DNA of 63,679 nucleotides, the filler included, from Collodictyon triciliatum (taxonomy: Eukaryota): the NCBI GenBank assembly GCA_043381765.1. It is 6 parts of 6 records of this genome, joined end to end, with 100 filler letters (N's around TTAATTAATTAA, not from the genome) between each part and the next. Parts side by side here need not be neighbours in the genome. Positions count along the whole stretch, not along the records: positions 53,173 to 63,679 come from JBHJMP010002650.1; 5 more parts are not named here. One strand, written 5' to 3'. Both the position numbers and the translations under genes were made by a program. Below are positions 59,801 to 63,679 of the stretch, in pieces. The number at the start of each line of letters is the position of its first letter. The stretch's first letter is position 1. Below the pieces are notes generated by a model, which was not told where the DNA came from, ran no database searches, and saw only the letters and a program-made list of their open reading frames with translations.

Positions 59801-62800
59801 AAGAAATCATAAAAGACTCAAAATCATGCTACGCTTGTCCAAAAGGCTCATTCAACACAAACTCCGGCTCATATGGAAACAAATCATGTATTGAATGTCC
59901 ACAAGGTACTTGGAATGATAAAGACGGTCAAGCATCATGCACATCATGTCCAGCTGGTACACATAATGATAAAACTGGTTCATATAATGTATTATCATGT
60001 AAACCATGTGCAGTTGGAAGCTACAGCTCAGAAAGAAGCGCATCATGCGCTTCATGTTCACCAGGATTCTATCAAAAAGAAGGAATCATAAAAGACTCAA
60101 AATCATGCTATGCATGTCCAAAAGGCTCATTCAACTCAAACTCCGGCTCATATGGCAACTCATCATGTATCCAATGTCCACAAGGTACTTGGAATGATAA
60201 AGATGGTCTAGCATCATGCACATCGTGTCCAGCCGGTACATTCAACAATAAAACTGGCTCATTTAATCAATCTTCATGTATTTCATGTGCCAATGGAAGC
60301 TACAGCTCAGAGAGAAGCTCATCATGCAGCTTATGTTTATCAGGATTCTATCAAAAAGAAGAAAACATAAAAGACTCACAATCATGCTATGCATGTCCAA
60401 AAGGCTCATTCAACTCAAACTCCGGCTCATATGGAAACAAATCATGCATTGAATGTCCACAAGGTACTTGGAATGATAAAGACGGTCGAGCATCATGCAC
60501 ATCGTGTCCAGCTGGTGCATTCAATGACAGAACTGGCTCATTCGACGAATCATCGTGTATTGCATGTCCAAATGGAACCTACAGCTCCGAGAGAAGCGCA
60601 ACATGCAGTTTATGCTCATCAGGTTACTACCAAAAAGATGGAATCACGAAAGACTCAAAATCATGCTATGCATGTCCAAAAGGCTCATTCAACTCAAACT
60701 CCGGCTCATATGGAAACTCATCATGTACTGAATGTCCACAAGGTACTTGGAATGATAAAGACGGTCAGGCATCATGCACATCATGTCCAGCTGGTACATT
60801 CAACAATAAAACTGGCTCACACAATCAATCATCATGTATTTCATGTCCAAATGGAAGCTACAGCTCAGAGAGAAGCGCATCATGTAGTTTGTGCTTATCA
60901 GGATTCTATCAAAATGAAGGAATTGCAAAGGACTCAAGCTCATGCTACGCCTGTCCAAAAGGCACATTCAACTCAAACTCCGGCACATATGGAAACAAAT
61001 CATGTATTGAATGTCCACAGGGCACTTGGAATGATAGAGATGGTCAAGCATCATGCACATCATGTCCAGCTGGTACATTCAATAACAAAACTGGTTTATA
61101 TAATGTATTATCATGTATTTCATGTCCAGATGGAAGCTACAGCTCAGAAAGAAGCTCATCATGCAGCTTATGTTCATCAGGTTTCTATCAAAAAGAGAAA
61201 GCTATTAAAGATTCAAGCTCATGCTATGCTTGTCCAAAAGGCACATTCAACTCGAACTCCGGCTCATATGGAAACAAATCATGTATTGAATGTCCACAAG
61301 GGACTTGGAATGATAGAAATGGACAGGCATCGTGCACACCATGTCCAGCAGGAACATTCAATAATAAAACTGGTTCAAATGATAAAACACATTGCATTCC
61401 ATGTCCAAATGGAAGGTACAGCTCAGTTGGAAGTGCATCATGCAGTTTATGCTCATCAGGATTCTATCAAAAAGAAGGAATCACAAAAGACTCAAAATCA
61501 TGCTATGCTTGTCCAAAAGGCTCATTCAACTCAAACTCCGGCTCATATGGAGACAAATCATGCACCGAATGCCCACAAGGTGCTTGGAGTGATAAGGATG
61601 GTCAAGCATCATGCACATCATGCCCAGCTGGTACATTCAACAACAAAACTAGTTCAAATGATAAAACACATTGCATTCCATGTCCAAATGGAAGTTACAG
61701 CTCATTTGGAAGTTTGTCTTGTATCTCTTGCTCATCAGGATTCTATCAAAAAGAAGGTATCATAAAAGACTCAAAATCATGCTACGCTTGTCCAAAAGGC
61801 ACATTCAACTCAAACTCCGGCTCATATGGAAACAAATCATGCATTGAATGTCCACAAGGTGCTTGGAGTGATGGAGATGGTCAATCATCATGCACATCAT
61901 GTCCAGCTGGGACATTCAACAATAAAACCGGCTCATTTGACGAATCATCATGCATTTCATGTTCAAACGGAAGCTATAGCTCAGAAAGAAGCGCGTCATG
62001 CAGCTTATGTTTATCAGGATTCTACCAAAAAGAAGGAATCACAAAAGACTCAAAATCATGCTACGCTTGTCCAAAAGGCACATTCAACTCAAAATCCGGC
62101 TCATATGGAAACATATCATGCATTGAATGTCCACAAGGTACTTGGAATGACAGAGATGGCCAAGCATCATGCACATCATGTCCAGCTGGTACATTCAACA
62201 ATAAAACTGGCTCATATAACGAATTATCATGCATCTCATGTCCAAATGGAAGCTACAGCTCAGAAAGAAGCTCATCATGCAACCTATGCCCGACACGCTC
62301 AACCACAATAAAAGAAGGCTCCATATCAATCGGTGATTGCAAGTGCTTAGATACTTATGTGTCATATGATGGCATTTGCACATGTCCTTCAGGACAATTT
62401 GAGGATGGAAGGGAGTGCGTTCCGTGCAGACTTGGCTCATACAAATCAACAAACAGCACGAATTTCTGCCTATCTTGTGGTGATAAATTTACGACGAAAA
62501 ACAATGGCTCTCTTTATTCAACCGATTGCGAATGCAAAACGGGATTTGAGTTGAGGAACTCCACTTGCGAATGCAAACCAGGGTGGTATGAAAAGCAAGG
62601 AAACTGCTATGAATGTCCTTCAGATACTTATAGCGATGATTATGGACTAAAATATTGTAAAATGTGTCCTGAGGGATTTGAATGTGAAGGAACCAGTCAA
62701 CCAACAGTTGCCCCTGGATATTGGCAGGCTCAAACTACAAATGGAGAATATGTTGCTTACAAATGCTTGAATGAAAATGCATGTAACGGAGGAAACAAAA

Positions 62801-63679
62801 CTTGTGCTGATGGATACGCTGGACCATTATGTAGTGTTTGTGATAATGGATACGGAAAAACTGGATATTATTGCACTAAATGCCCACCGAAAGGAGTGAA
62901 CATATTCTTGATTTTCTTGAGCTTTGTTATTCCACTTGCATTTGTGTTTTTCATGATAGAACAATCAAGACAGACAAGAACGGGAAATATTCAAATCCTG
63001 AAATCCCTCTCCACCCATTTCCAAGTTTTGTCATATTTGGCGAACTTTGATGTAAAATGGAGCCCAATCATAATTTCAGCTATGAAAATCCCAGCCCTAT
63101 TTTCATTTTCCCTTTCGATAGACAGCTACCCAATTGAATGCCAACTCGAGCTATCGATTTACGAAAGAATATTGCTTACGATGTTGAGTCCAGTAATTTT
63201 GACAGTAATCATGTTAGTTTTTGTTTTGATGAAAGAGTTGAGGAGATTTTACAAAAACGAGATTTCAAGAAGTAATTTTACACTCAACCATTTTCGGGAA
63301 GAAATCATGTACTCGATGCTGGTTATGCTGTTTTTTGTCCATCCTTCAATCACATCAAGCATCGCACAAATATTTCCATGTGAAAAACTCGGGGATATAA
63401 GATATTTGAAGGCTGATATGTCGATTTTATGTGGTGAAGAAACATACAAATTTTGGAGAAACATTTCTTTTGTTTTCCTTTTTGCCTATTGTATCGGCGG
63501 ACCGCTCTTAATTTTAGTCAGAATCATTCGCAAAAGAACAGCATTGAGCAATCCTACTTCGAAGACATATGCGCTCTTCCGATTTTTGATTGATGGATAT
63601 ACTGAAAAGTGCCAATACTGGGAGGTCGTCTTGATGATGCAAAAGTTGGTCATTGTGATGATAAGCACGTTCTTTCCTG
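53871..63679 (+). CDS. Giant predicted cell-surface protein (>3,200 aa, 3'-partial): signal peptide, 21 WD40 repeats, Cys-rich CxxC repeat stalk and multi-pass membrane domain
   Basis: Frame 1 from 53950 was translated fully through the WD40 and membrane regions and spot-checked through the repeat stalk, with no stop found; it is absent from the ORF track because it has no stop codon. A short intron (53908-53962) joins MPVRLSPVRIAI to VGIIIFRNILSCMAQ. WD40s lie at 54034-56640, Cys-rich repeats at 56641-62890, and hydrophobic helices start at ~62896. Confidence 0.92.
57436..62290 (+). repeat. Coding tandem repeat, 279-bp (93-aa) unit, ~17.4 copies
   Basis: The tgtccagctgg-like unit start was checked at 57436, 57715, 61621 and 62179, all in exact 279-nt register. 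Confidence 0.95.

Noticed and set aside
57436-62290. Possible CRISPR-like or regularly spaced array
   Set aside because: The whole unit is repeated with no unique spacers, and it is protein-coding.
57404-62311. His-rich ORFs (HHAHHVQ...) and Met-rich ORFs in the ORF track
   Set aside because: They are alternative-frame shadows of the Cys-rich 279-bp coding repeat and are broken by stops, whereas frame 1 is continuous.

Overview
This is AT-rich, intron-rich and microsatellite-rich eukaryotic (protist-like) DNA, and it is not one locus. It consists of six unrelated ~10.5 kb contigs (1-10607, 10708-21226, 21327-31848, 31949-42465, 42566-53072, 53173-63679) joined by identical 100-bp artificial spacers (44 N + TTAATTAATTAA + 44 N), so adjacency across spacers means nothing. 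By hand-splicing GT-AG exons with the standard genetic code I can reconstruct GPI8/PIG-K, DBR1, two class I cyclic-nucleotide phosphodiesterases (one multi-pass membrane), kinesin-5, CSN6, a frameshifted RPL7/RLP7-like gene, EFG1, a WRN-type 3'-5' exonuclease, an ABHD17-like hydrolase, several orphan or partial genes, and dead L1/Tx1-like retrotransposon fragments. The most striking object is missing from the supplied ORF track because it runs off the end of the window: a >3,200-codon, nearly intronless gene (53871 to >63679). It encodes a signal peptide, 21 WD40 repeats (three 7-blade propellers, the outermost made of near-identical repeats with variable residues at a few fixed positions), a stalk of ~17.4 tandem 93-aa Cys-rich repeats, and a multi-pass membrane domain. 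This is a candidate variable cell-surface receptor with extracellular WD40 propellers. Other oddities are A-rich splice acceptors, microsatellites abutting 3' splice sites, one very GC-rich exon inside an AT-rich gene, frameshifts in two ribosome-biogenesis genes, and an intergenic hairpin. All calls come from manual reading, with no database searches.
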